A DNA stretch of 29,546 nt from Candidatus Saccharimonadia bacterium (lineage in GTDB: Bacteria > Pseudomonadota > Gammaproteobacteria > Xanthomonadales > Ahniellaceae). Shown one piece after another: positions 1-8,813 of the stretch (within the stretch, counting starts at the first letter, position 1; every line of letters begins with the position of its first letter). Position numbers and translations under genes: made by a program. The notes under the pieces were generated by a model. That model was not told the DNA's origin. It did no database searches and saw only the letters and a list, made by a program, of their open reading frames with translations. The stretch covers positions 1-29,546 of the forward strand of contig DATLNY010000127.1 in NCBI GenBank assembly GCA_035536495.1, in the 5' to 3' direction.

Positions 1-3000
1 GCCGGCAACGCAATCGACAGCTCGAGATTCGAGGCACGCGCGCCGAGCTTCACGTCGGCGGTCCGTGCGGCGAGGCCGATCTCGCGCACCTCGCGCCATC
101 GCACGCGCGCGCGCTGGCTGCCCGGCTTGATCGGCAGGCTGAGGCCCCCCGCCTCGGGGCGCACGTTCAGCATGACGCCGTCGATCGACACCTCGAGCAC
201 CTCGGCGTCCCGCGGGATCGTCACGACGTGCTGCCCGCCCTGCGTCGTGCGCAGCGAGATCTCAAGCGTGTGCTCGACCGCGCGCTTGCCGACCTGCGCC
301 GACAGGGTCGCGCGATCGATCGCGACCGACGCGCCCGCGACGGCCTCCGGCCGCGCAACGGTGATCACGAGCTTCTCCCCCGGCAGCGGGTGGAACTCGT
401 GGATCCACTCGTCGCCCTCGGCGTGAACGGGCGGGACGCCTGCGAAGCGCACGTTCCAGGTCGGGTTCGCGTGCACGAACCAGACCTCGGCGTGGCGTTG
501 AAGCTCGGGCGCGGCGAGCTCGATCGTCGGCGCGCGCGCAAGGCGCGAGTACCACGACGTGCTGCGTGCACCGGCCTGCAACGCCGCGACCACGGTGCGA
601 TCGACGATCTCGAGGTCCTGCGTCAGCACCTGTTCGCCGGCGAGCAGCGGGATGCGCACCGAGAATGCGGCCGCGTCGGGCGCGATGCGCACGACCTCGG
701 TCGTGACCTGCCAGTCGATCCCGAGCGAAATCGTCCGCACGACGCGGACGTACGGCGCAAACTGCTGCGCCGCTTCGTCGTCGCCCGCGACTCCGGATCC
801 CGCGCGCACGCGCACGAGGCCGAGCGTGTCGGTCAGGAGGCGCCCGTCGGCGATGCCTTCGGCTTCCCAGCCAGTGCCGGCGAACGAAACCTGCGCCGGT
901 CGCAGGGGAAACCGCAATGCGAACCTGCCGGCGCTCGACGCCGCGTACTCGATCTCGACGCGGTGCACGCCGCGCGGAACGACGATCCACGCCTCGCCCG
1001 CAGCGCGGCGCAACACGCGCGCGCCCGCGACGCCGTCGATCGAGATCTCGCGCGGATCGAGCGCGCCCTCTTCGCCGGGGATCGGCACCGCGATGCGCTC
1101 GACCGCGTGCACGTCGAGCGTGACGCGTACCGTGGCGCCGTCGGCCGACACCTCGGCATTCGCGATGTGCCCGCAGCGCGGCGCGCATGCGGGCGCTTCG
1201 AGCAAGCGCTGCTCGAGCTCGGCCAGGATCTCCGGCGACGGCGCGGCCTGCGCGTGCGCGCCGAGCGGCAGCGCGAGCGACGCGGCGAACAATGCGGCTG
1301 CCGCTCCCGCCGGCAGGCGCAGCGCGCGGCCGAACAGGTGGCGGGCGAGCTGCGCGAGCAGCCCCGCGATCAGCAGCACGACGACGAGCCGCAACGCGCG
1401 CGTGAACCACGGCGGCGAGATCAGCAGCCGCATCGTCTGGCCCGCGAGCACCGGCCCGCTCCAGTGCAGCGTGTACTCGTTCCACTGCCAGCCCGGGTCG
1501 CCCGAGCCGGCCTGCAGGATCGTGTTCGCGGCGTAACGCTCCTTGAGCCGCTGCGTCGCGATCTGCGCGCGATCGGCCGCGTAGTCGGAGCGCTTCGCCA
1601 TCGAGCCCGAGACCGAGACGCGATCTTGGTCCTGGCGTTCCTCCTGCACCATCGGCGCCGACGCCGGCGGCGCGGGCTCTGCCAGCACCATCTCCGTGAC
1701 AACCTCGCCCCCAGCGGACTCGTCGTAGTACGCGCTCGACGCATCCGGCGAATGGCGCTCGAGCTGCGGATACAGCGCGAGCCGCACCTGCGCTGCGACG
1801 AACGGCAGCGCGAGCAGCACGAGCACGACGAGCGCGAAGTTGCGCGACCATCCCAGGACGCGCGACAGGCGCCCGGTCGCCGGCAGCAGCTGCGCGAGCA
1901 GCGCGAGCACGACCAGCACGAGCACCGACAGGATCGGCGCGGCGGGCTCGTGGTACGCGAGCACGAGATACGCCAGCACGAAGCCCGCGACGGTCCTGCC
2001 GGCGAGCCATGCCGCGAGCAGCGTCGTCAACGCGACGAGGAACACGTCGAGCAGGTTCCAGCGCGCGAGCCAGCTACCGGGCGCATGGTCGGCACCGAGC
2101 GCCGCGAACAGGCGATATGCGGGCGGCAGCGACAGCGTCGTCTGCACCGCGTCGAACGACTGCTGCCAGCCCGCGATTGGCAGCTCGCCGCGCACGGCCT
2201 CGATCCGCAAGCCCGCCGCGACGTCGACCTGGCGCGCGCGGACCTCGACGCCGCTCAGCGCCGCGGTCGCGCCGCGCGTGACGAGCAGGCCTTCGCCGCC
2301 CTCCGTCGCGCGCTCGAGCACGTAGGGCAGCGCGACGTCGAGCCGCCAGTCGCGCAGCATCGTGCCCTGCAGCCGGTCGCGCGCGTCGAAGCCGGAGCCG
2401 TCGAAGCGCAGCCACATCTGCCGCACGAGCGTGAGGCGGTTCTGGTCCTGCGGCGACATCCCGCGCGAGCGCTCCTCGAGGACGAGCTTTTCACCGCCCG
2501 CAAGGAGGAACGCCGGCAGCTGCGCCCAGTCGTCCGGCACGCCCGCCTGCACGGGATCGATGCCGCGCGCGGCACTCGCGCTCGTGACGCGCAGGCGCGC
2601 GTTGTCGGCGTAGCTCCAGACCTCGTCGACCGGCCACGGCGCCGCGATCGCGGGGCGCTCGATCGACGAAAGCGGCGCGTCGGCGCGCGCGACGAGCACG
2701 AGCACGTGGCTGCCCGGCCGCACCTGGACCACGAGCGCGCCGTCGCCGCCGATTTTCGCCGGCAGCGCACCGCCGAGCGAGGTCGGCGTGAAGCCGGCCG
2801 GCAGCACGCGTCCGAGCGACACTTCGCGTCCCTCGCCCGAGACATTCAGCACGATCCTCGTCGTCAGCATCGCCGGCACGCCGTCGTCGAGGCGGCGGTA
2901 CACCTCGAGCGTCAACGAATCGGCGCCGGCATCGACCGACGCCGCGCGACCGAACCAGAGCGTCGCGTCGTCGCGCTGCACCGGCGCGATCGGCGCGCCG

Positions 3001-3476
3001 TCGACGCTCAGGCGCACGAGCGCGACCGAGGCGGGCAGCGCGAGCGACTCGGGCCGCTCGGCCCAGTCGAAGCGCCCCTCGAGCACGTGCTCGCCGGGGT
3101 CGAGCCACGCAACGGGCCGCTGCGCCTCGTCGGGAACGACCGGCGTCGCCGCGCCGTTCGAGCGGACCGACTGCGGCCAGTGCGACGCATCCCCGGGCAG
3201 CGGCACCGCGGTGCGCGCATGCACGGTCCAGCGTTGCGTGAAGCGCGCACCGTCCGGCGCCGCATCGAGCACGAGCTCGCCGGGCCATGCGCACGAACGC
3301 TGCGTTTCCTCGCCGGGATTCGCGACGAGCATCGGACAGGCGCGCTCGTCGGCGTCGGCGAGGACCCAGCCGATCCAGTCGCGCAGCGACTCGGGAATTG
3401 CCGCATCCTGTGCCGCAACGGCACCGCACGCGGCAAGCAGCAACGCGCACGCGGACGCGCGAACGAACCGATTCAT
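1..3476 (-). CDS. Large conserved hypothetical membrane protein, >1158 aa, partial (3' end beyond window edge)
   Basis: Not in the ORF track, probably because there is no stop inside the window. ATG at 3476 gives MNRFVRASACALLLAACGAVAAQDAAIPESLRDWIGWVL (signal-peptide-like). Manual translation of several segments stays in the same frame: WNLLDVFLV (~2050), VAAQVRLALYPQLE (~1780), LQAGSGDPGWQWNEYTLHWSGPV (~1480), ADVKLGARASNLELSIALP (3-59). The + strand 228..3554 ORF is its stop-free antisense shadow in the same codon register. Confidence 0.88.
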   Translation of the reverse strand, partial: MNRFVRASACALLLAACGAVAAQDAAIPESLRDWIGWVLADADERACPMLVANPGEETQRSCAWPGELVLDAAPDGARFTQRWTVHARTAVPLPGDASHWPQSVRSNGAATPVVPDEAQRPVAWLDPGEHVLEGRFDWAERPESLALPASVALVRLSVDGAPIAPVQRDDATLWFGRAASVDAGADSLTLEVYRRLDDGVPAMLTTRIVLNVSGEGREVSLGRVLPAGFTPTSLGGALPAKIGGDGALVVQVRPGSHVLVLVARADAPLSSIERPAIAAPWPVDEVWSYADNARLRVTSASAARGIDPVQAGVPDDWAQLPAFLLAGGEKLVLEERSRGMSPQDQNRLTLVRQMWLRFDGSGFDARDRLQGTMLRDWRLDVALPYVLERATEGGEGLLVTRGATAALSGVEVRARQVDVAAGLRIEAVRGELPIAGWQQSFDAVQTTLSLPPAYRLFAALGADHAPGSWLARWNLLDVFLVALTTLLAAWLAGRTVAGFVLAYLVLAYHEPAAPILSVLVLVVLALLAQLLPATGRLSRVLGWSRNFALVVLVLLALPFVAAQVRLALYPQLERHSPDASSAYYDESAGGEVVTEMVLAEPAPPASAPMVQEERQDQDRVSVSGSMAKRSDYAADRAQIATQRLKERYAANTILQAGSGDPGWQWNEYTLHWSGPVLAGQTMRLLISPPWFTRALRLVVVLLIAGLLAQLARHLFGRALRLPAGAAAALFAASLALPLGAHAQAAPSPEILAELEQRLLEAPACAPRCGHIANAEVSADGATVRVTLDVHAVERIAVPIPGEEGALDPREISIDGVAGARVLRRAAGEAWIVVPRGVHRVEIEYAASSAGRFALRFPLRPAQVSFAGTGWEAEGIADGRLLTDTLGLVRVRAGSGVAGDDEAAQQFAPYVRVVRTISLGIDWQVTTEVVRIAPDAAAFSVRIPLLAGEQVLTQDLEIVDRTVVAALQAGARSTSWYSRLARAPTIELAAPELQRHAEVWFVHANPTWNVRFAGVPPVHAEGDEWIHEFHPLPGEKLVITVARPEAVAGASVAIDRATLSAQVGKRAVEHTLEISLRTTQGGQHVVTIPRDAEVLEVSIDGVMLNVRPEAGGLSLPIKPGSQRARVRWREVREIGLAARTADVKLGARASNLELSIALP

Positions 3477-3567
3477 GTGCCGGACCCCGCTCCAATCACG
3501 CCCGCAGCGAGCGTATCAGAGGGTCCAACGCGGCCGCGCCGCGCGCGGGGTTAACGCCGCGCGCCGG

Positions 3568-4119
3568 TCAGCCGACGAGCAGGCGCCAGAGCTGCGCGAG
3601 CGTCGCGAGCACGAAGCCCGCGAGGAAGAACAGGTACGACCAGCGCAGGTAGCGGTACTTGAAATGCGCGAGGTAGTAGCCGAGCGAATACAGATCCTTC
3701 GCCATCGTCTCGTAGATCGTCGAGCCCTCGGTCCGCATCTTCTCCGACACCTCGGCGAGGAAGCGCTCGCGCGGCAGCTCGGCGAAGTGCCCGAAGAACA
3801 GCAGGTTGAATTGCGGCGGCAACGGCGCGTCGGGCTTGAGGCGCAGCGGCCGGTACTTCGGCAGCACCGCTAGGATCGCGAGCAGCAGCGCGACGAGCGT
3901 GAAGACGGTCAGCGTGATCGCGCTGATCCGCAGGTCCTTGTCGTCCATGTTGCCGAACGACAGCGTCAGCACGATCGACGACACCGTGATGATGATGTTC
4001 GCCTTGACATCGGCCATCGCCGAAAGCTGCACGTGGTGCTGCTGGGCCGTGCGCAGGATGACGTCGGCGGTATTGCGCTCGGGGACCGTCCTGAACACGG
4101 GGCCGGGTTCGTCGCTCAT
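3568..4119 (-). CDS. Pycsar effector-family (DUF5706/PycTM-like) membrane protein
   Basis: Motif LRTAQQHHVQLSAMADVKANIIITVSSI, two TM helices, PxxxR...NLLFFGHF, and a C-terminal L...KYRYLRWSY followed by a TM helix. This is the pattern I recognise for DUF5706. Confidence 0.8.
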   Translation of the reverse strand: MSDEPGPVFRTVPERNTADVILRTAQQHHVQLSAMADVKANIIITVSSIVLTLSFGNMDDKDLRISAITLTVFTLVALLLAILAVLPKYRPLRLKPDAPLPPQFNLLFFGHFAELPRERFLAEVSEKMRTEGSTIYETMAKDLYSLGYYLAHFKYRYLRWSYLFFLAGFVLATLAQLWRLLVG

Positions 4120-4166
4120 GCGGGTTCGTCACGTGGATTCGACGCCGCATGATAGATAGGTGCGGC

Positions 4167-5036
4167 ATGACCGCCAAGCTCGTCGCGCACGCACGCCTGA
4201 TCGCGATCCCGTTCCTCGTCGTCGCGCTCACCGCCTGCCAGTCCGCGTTCTTCTCGGTGCTGAACGCCGCGGCGTCGCCGAACGGTCGCGTCGTCGCGTC
4301 GACCCATCGCTACGACGAGGCGCGCGAGCTGTCGCTCGACCGGTTCTGCCCGGCCGGCGGCTCCGGCGCGCCGCTCGTCGTGTTCTTCTACGGCGGCAGC
4401 TGGGAGAACGGGCGGCGCGAGTGGTATTCGTTCGTCGGCGAGAGCCTCGCTGCGAGCGGCGTCGCGGTCGCGATACCCGACTATCGGCGCCATCCCTCGG
4501 GGCGGTTCCCGGATTTCATGCACGACGGCGCGCGCGCGGTCGCCTGGGCGCGCGAGCATGCGCGCGATTGCGGCGCGGATCCGGCGCGCGTGTATCTCGC
4601 GGGTCATTCGGCCGGCGCGCAGATCGCGGGGCTGCTCGCGACCGATACGCGCTATCTCGCGGCGGCAGGCATCGCGCCGGGCGAGATCGCCGGGATGATC
4701 GGGATCGCCGGACCGTACGATTTCCTGCCGATCACGGACGCGACGCTCAAGACGATCTTCGGGCCCGAGGCCGAGCATCCGCGCTCGCAGCCGATCGCGT
4801 TCGTCGACGGCGACGAGCCGCCGTTCCTGCTGCTGCACGGCACCGACGATCGCGTCGTGTGGCTGCGCAACAGCGAACGGCTCGCGGCGAAGCTCGAAGC
4901 GGCCGGGGTTCCCGTCGAGCTGCACCGCTACCCCGGCATCGGCCACATCCGGATCCTCGCTGCGATCACGAACGAGGACAGCAGGGCTGCGCCGACGCTC
5001 GCCGACATCGTGCGGTACGTCAACCGCGATCGGTGA
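4167..5036 (+). CDS. Alpha/beta hydrolase (carboxylesterase), probable lipoprotein
   Basis: FFYGGSW oxyanion motif, GHSAG nucleophile elbow, LLHGTDD acid, C-terminal GIGH His; lipobox-like LTAC after a hydrophobic stretch. Start moved from 4149 to ATG 4167. Confidence 0.88.
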   Translation: MTAKLVAHARLIAIPFLVVALTACQSAFFSVLNAAASPNGRVVASTHRYDEARELSLDRFCPAGGSGAPLVVFFYGGSWENGRREWYSFVGESLAASGVAVAIPDYRRHPSGRFPDFMHDGARAVAWAREHARDCGADPARVYLAGHSAGAQIAGLLATDTRYLAAAGIAPGEIAGMIGIAGPYDFLPITDATLKTIFGPEAEHPRSQPIAFVDGDEPPFLLLHGTDDRVVWLRNSERLAAKLEAAGVPVELHRYPGIGHIRILAAITNEDSRAAPTLADIVRYVNRDR

Positions 5037-5070
5037 GGCTGCGGCGAATCCTGTGCCTTTGCGCCTTCAC

Positions 5071-5159
5071 AGGCGTCATCCCGGCGAAAGCCGGGATCCA
5101 GCGACTGTCGAGCGCGCGGTGGAAGACACTGGGTCCCGGCTTTCGCCGGGATGACGCCT
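5071..5159. repeat. REP-like doublet: two inverted GTCATCCCGGCGAAAGCCGGG(A/T)CCA units
   Basis: aggcgtcatcccggcgaaagccgggatccag (5071-5101) and its near-perfect reverse complement (5129-5159), between convergent genes. Each arm is itself a hairpin. Confidence 0.85.
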
Positions 5160-5220
5160 CCGGGGGCGATGGCCCCTCGAGGTGGCAATGGCGCCGCGAA
5201 GAGGCGACGGCGCTGTGCGG

Positions 5221-5787
5221 TCAGGCGGCAGCCGCCGCGCTCGAAGCACCCGCAGCGGCGTCGGCCTGCTCGAGCGCGACCGCGACGGCATGGATCGTCG
5301 CGGCGATCCGTATCGCGCTCTGCACGCCCTGCGCGCCGACGCCGTGCCCCCGCACCGTCTTCTCGTGCGAGTCGATGCACTTGCCGCAACCGTTGATCGC
5401 CGACACCGCGAGCGACGCGAGCTCGAACCCGGCCTTGTCGCTGCCGTGCGTCGCGAGCACGTTCATGCGCAGCCCGGTGCGCATCGTTTCGTACTCGCGC
5501 TCGGCGACGAGGTGGGTGAAGCGGTAGTAGACGTTCGTCATCGCCATGATCGCGGCGGCCGCGCGCGCGCCGTCGAGCGACCGGTCGTCGAGGGTGCCGC
5601 GCGCCCAGTCGACGACCGATTCGGTCAGCGGCGCATGGCGCGAGGCGATCGCGGACGCGACCGCGACCATCGCGAGCTGTTGCGGGGTAAGGCCCGGCGC
5701 ACCGGTGTCGGTCAACACCGACTCGAGGTTGAGTCGCAGGTCCTTCGCGTAATCGGGAAGGCGGGAACGCAGCTCGGCGAGCGTCAT
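5221..5787 (-). CDS. ahpD: Alkyl hydroperoxide reductase AhpD
   Basis: LPDYAKDLRLNL N-terminus, AAIMAMTNVYYRF, LRMN, and active-site AVSAINGCGKCIDSH (CxxC-x-x-x-H). Start at ATG 5787, downstream of ahpC. Confidence 0.93.
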   Translation of the reverse strand: MTLAELRSRLPDYAKDLRLNLESVLTDTGAPGLTPQQLAMVAVASAIASRHAPLTESVVDWARGTLDDRSLDGARAAAAIMAMTNVYYRFTHLVAEREYETMRTGLRMNVLATHGSDKAGFELASLAVSAINGCGKCIDSHEKTVRGHGVGAQGVQSAIRIAATIHAVAVALEQADAAAGASSAAAAA

Positions 5788-5863
5788 GTCGATCTCCGGT
5801 TTCGACCGCGCGGCGCGAACGCACCGCGCGACCGATGAAAGGGACATCCGTGTCGGGAGGATT

Positions 5864-5936
5864 CTTCCGTAAGGGTGCAGGCGGAAGGGGGGGATTCCGC
5901 CTGCGGGGGTACGGACGGAAGGGGGAGCTTCCGCCC
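5864..5936. other. Duplicated GC-rich hairpins in the ahpC-ahpD intergenic region
   Basis: gcaggcggaa-ggggggga-ttccgcctgc (5877-5904, perfect 10-bp stem) followed by a degenerate copy acggaagggggagcttccgcc (5915-5935). Confidence 0.5.
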
Positions 5937-6004
5937 GCGGGGCGCGCGCCGGGAGTGTGACGGCGCGCCCGTGCTGCGCGATGCCCCGCGGCACCGCAGG
6001 ATCG

Positions 6005-6544
6005 TCAGGCCGCCTTCAACGTCGACTCGCCCTGGTGCCAGTTGCACGGACACAGCTCGTCGGTCTGCAGCGCGTCGAGCACACGCAAGACCTCCTGCGG
6101 GTTGCGCCCGACCGACAGGTCGGTGACGTAGACGAAGCGGATGATGCCGTCCGGGTCGACGAGGAACGTCGCGCGCTGCGCGACGCCCTCGTTCCTGTCG
6201 AGGATGCCGAGCGCGGAAGTCAGCTCGCGCTTGACGTCGGCGAGCATCGGGAACGGCAGGCTGTTGAGGTCCTTGTGGTCGCGTCGCCAGGCGAGGTGCA
6301 CGAACTCCGAATCGATGCTGCCGGTGAGGATCTGGCAATCGCGATCGGCGAACTGCTGGTTGACGTCGCCGAAGCCCTTGATCTCGGTCGGGCAGACGAA
6401 CGTGAAATCCTTCGGATAGAAGAACACGCAGAGCCATTTGCCGGCCCAGGTCTTGTTCGTCACCTCGACGAACGCCTTGTCGAGCTCGTTCGCCACGGTT
6501 GCCTTGAGCTTGAACTCGGGGAACTTGTCGCCAACGCTCAGCAT
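6005..6544 (-). CDS. ahpC: Peroxiredoxin AhpC (2-Cys type with CPC resolving motif)
   Basis: FFYPKDFTFVCPTEI peroxidatic motif, RATFLVDPDG, and C-terminal ELCPCNW; GGAG RBS upstream. Confidence 0.95.
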   Translation of the reverse strand: MLSVGDKFPEFKLKATVANELDKAFVEVTNKTWAGKWLCVFFYPKDFTFVCPTEIKGFGDVNQQFADRDCQILTGSIDSEFVHLAWRRDHKDLNSLPFPMLADVKRELTSALGILDRNEGVAQRATFLVDPDGIIRFVYVTDLSVGRNPQEVLRVLDALQTDELCPCNWHQGESTLKAA

Positions 6545-6650
6545 GTCTGCACTCCTGGAGGTGGGTTATCGCGGGGGAACCGGCAACGCAACCTGCGGCG
6601 CGTTACCGGTCGACGTCGGGCATTCTCGGCGCGCCGGCCCGATTGTTCCA

Positions 6651-6676
6651 ATCAATTGATATGATGGCTGCGATAG
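6651..6676. promoter_or_regulatory. Putative OxyR/LysR operator in the ahpC-oxyR divergon
   Basis: ATC-aattgatat-GAT (ATC-N9-GAT, containing the T-N11-A LysR box) followed by GATAG, an OxyR ATAG-type half site, in the only AT-rich patch of the intergenic region. Confidence 0.6.
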
Positions 6677-6698
6677 CCGCCATGAATGGAAGAGCCGC

Positions 6699-7625
6699 AT
6701 GAACCTGCGCGATCTCCGATATCTGGTCGCGCTGGCCGATCACAAGCACTTCGGCCGTGCCGCCGCGGCGAGCTTCGTCAGCCAGCCGACGCTCTCGACG
6801 CAGGTTCGCAAGCTCGAGGACGAGCTCGGCGTCGCGCTGGTCGAGCGCTCGCCGCGCAACGTGCTGCTGACCGAAGTCGGGCGCGAGATCAGCGAGCGGG
6901 CGCGCGTGATCCTGCGCGACGTCGACGAGGTGCGCGAGCTCGCGCGCCGCACGCGCGATCCCGAATCGGGCAGCGTGCGCCTCGGGATGTTCCCGACACT
7001 CGGGCCGTACCTGCTGCCGCACGTCGTCAAGCGCATCCGCGCGCGCTTCCCGCGCCTCGAGCTGCTGCTGGTCGAGGAGAAGACGCCGGTGCTGCTGCAG
7101 CAGTTGTCGGAAGGCCGCCTCGACGCGGCGTGTCTTGCACTGCCGATCCACGACGAGCAGCTGCACGCCGAGCCGCTGTTCGAGGAACCGTTCGTGCTCG
7201 CGGTGCCGCGCGCGCATCCGCTCGCGAAGCGCGCGTCGCTGAAGCTCGCGGACCTCGAACACCAGAGCCTGCTGCTGCTCGAGGACGGCCATTGCCTGCG
7301 CGACCAGGCGCTCGACGTCTGCCAGCTCGCCGGCGCGCTCGAGCGCTCGGGCTTCCGCGCGACGAGCCTCGAGACGCTGCGCCAGATGGTCGCGGCGAAC
7401 GTCGGCGTCACGCTGCTGCCGATCCTCGCGGTGAGGCCGCCGGTGCCGGCCTCGGCCGATGTCGCGCTCGTGCGTTTCCGCGACCACGCGCCGAGCCGTC
7501 GCATCGCGCTCGTGTGGCGCAGGTCGTCGGCGAACGCGCCGTTCCTCGGGAACCTCGCGGCGCTGCTGCGCGAGCTGCCGCGCTCGCTGCTCGACCCGCG
7601 CGCCGATTTCCGCGCGCCGACGTAG
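6699..7625 (+). CDS. oxyR: Hydrogen peroxide-sensing LysR regulator OxyR
   Basis: LysR HTH (HFGRAAAASFVSQPTLSTQVRKLEDELG) and LEDGHCLRDQALDVC with both redox cysteines; divergent from ahpC. Confidence 0.95.
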   Translation: MNLRDLRYLVALADHKHFGRAAAASFVSQPTLSTQVRKLEDELGVALVERSPRNVLLTEVGREISERARVILRDVDEVRELARRTRDPESGSVRLGMFPTLGPYLLPHVVKRIRARFPRLELLLVEEKTPVLLQQLSEGRLDAACLALPIHDEQLHAEPLFEEPFVLAVPRAHPLAKRASLKLADLEHQSLLLLEDGHCLRDQALDVCQLAGALERSGFRATSLETLRQMVAANVGVTLLPILAVRPPVPASADVALVRFRDHAPSRRIALVWRRSSANAPFLGNLAALLRELPRSLLDPRADFRAPT

Positions 7626-7690
7626 GCGCGCCTCGCGTTCGGTGAACCGGAGTGCTGCAGCCGCCGGTGCCTGCTCGCTACCATTGCGTC

Positions 7691-8269
7691 ATGGTCCGCG
7701 TCCTCGTCGTTGTCTGCGCACTCGCGATCGCGATGTTCCCGGCACCGCGCGCGGCGCTGCAGCCGCCGGGCGTCGTCGTCGCGCGCACACCCAGGCAGGT
7801 CGCGACGTCCGCCGCACCGATCCGGCTGCAGTCGTTCACGCTGACGCCGCGCGCGCGCTTCGAGGCCGAGGCCCGTGTCCTGTCGCGCCGCGACTACTCG
7901 TACGACGCGGAATCCGGCGTCGCGCCGACCGACCTCGCGCTCGGCTGGGGCCGGATGTCCGATGCGCGCGTGCTCGACGCGATCGAGGTCCGCCAGTCGG
8001 CGCGCTGGTACCACTTCAGCTACCGGCGCGCGCCGATCCCGCACGACGAGATCGTGCGCTCGAGCGCGAACATGCACTTCATCCCGGCGACACCGGAGCT
8101 TGCGGCGCGGCTCGACAGCGTCCGCCCCGGCGATGTCGTCGTCTTCCGCGGCAAGCTCGTCGATGCACGGCGGCGCGACGGGTGGAACTGGCGCACGTCG
8201 CTGCGGCGTGACGACACCGGCGCCGGCTCCTGCGAGATCGTCTACCTCGAGTCGCTCGAACTGCGTTGA
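7691..8269 (+). CDS. Conserved hypothetical, probably exported protein
   Basis: Hydrophobic N-terminus; protein-like motifs PTDLALGWGRMSD, QSARWY, SSANMHFIPA, WRTSLRRDDTGAGSCEIVY. Start set at ATG 7691. Confidence 0.75.
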   Translation: MVRVLVVVCALAIAMFPAPRAALQPPGVVVARTPRQVATSAAPIRLQSFTLTPRARFEAEARVLSRRDYSYDAESGVAPTDLALGWGRMSDARVLDAIEVRQSARWYHFSYRRAPIPHDEIVRSSANMHFIPATPELAARLDSVRPGDVVVFRGKLVDARRRDGWNWRTSLRRDDTGAGSCEIVYLESLELR

Positions 8270-8276
8270 GCGCCGC

Positions 8277-8795
8277 TCAGCGGAAGCTCAGCACCCGCGC
8301 GAGCGGGAATCCCGGCGGCAGCCGGAAGCGGCCGTTCAACCCCGGCAGCTCGATCAGCACGGTCGCTGCGACCGGCGTCGCGCCGGCCCGCTGCACGAGC
8401 TCGATCGCCGCGGCCATCGTGCCGCCGGTCGCGAGCACGTCGTCGACGACCAGCACGCGCGCGCCGTGCCACATCGAGCCGTCGCGCGCCTCGAGCCGGT
8501 CGTTGCCGTATTCGAGCGCGTAGTCGACGCCGACCGTCAGGCCCGGGAGCTTGCCGGGCTTCCGCAACGGCACGAAGCCGCGCCCGATCCTCGCCGCGAG
8601 CGCGGCGCCGAAGATGAAGCCGCGCGCCTCGATGCCCGCGACGAGGTCGACCCCGCTCGGTGCGATCGCCGCCGCCATCGCATCGACCGCATGCGCGAAC
8701 GCGCGCGCGTCGGCGAGCAGCGGCGTGATGTCCCTGAACAGGATGCCGGGCTTCGGGAAGTTCGGGACGTCGTCGATGAAGCGCGTCAGGTCCAT
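8277..8795 (-). CDS. apt: Adenine phosphoribosyltransferase
   Basis: PNFPKPGILFRDITPLL, GIEARGFIFG, RKPGKLP, LEYG, and PRPP loop VVDDVLATGGT. Confidence 0.95.
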   Translation of the reverse strand: MDLTRFIDDVPNFPKPGILFRDITPLLADARAFAHAVDAMAAAIAPSGVDLVAGIEARGFIFGAALAARIGRGFVPLRKPGKLPGLTVGVDYALEYGNDRLEARDGSMWHGARVLVVDDVLATGGTMAAAIELVQRAGATPVAATVLIELPGLNGRFRLPPGFPLARVLSFR

Positions 8796-8813
8796 GCGCA
8801 GGCCGGAAGCAGG

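Noticed and set aside
228-3554. 1108-aa + strand ORF
   Set aside because: Arg-rich antisense shadow in the same codon register as the real minus-strand gene, which shows signal peptide, TM segments and protein-like motifs.
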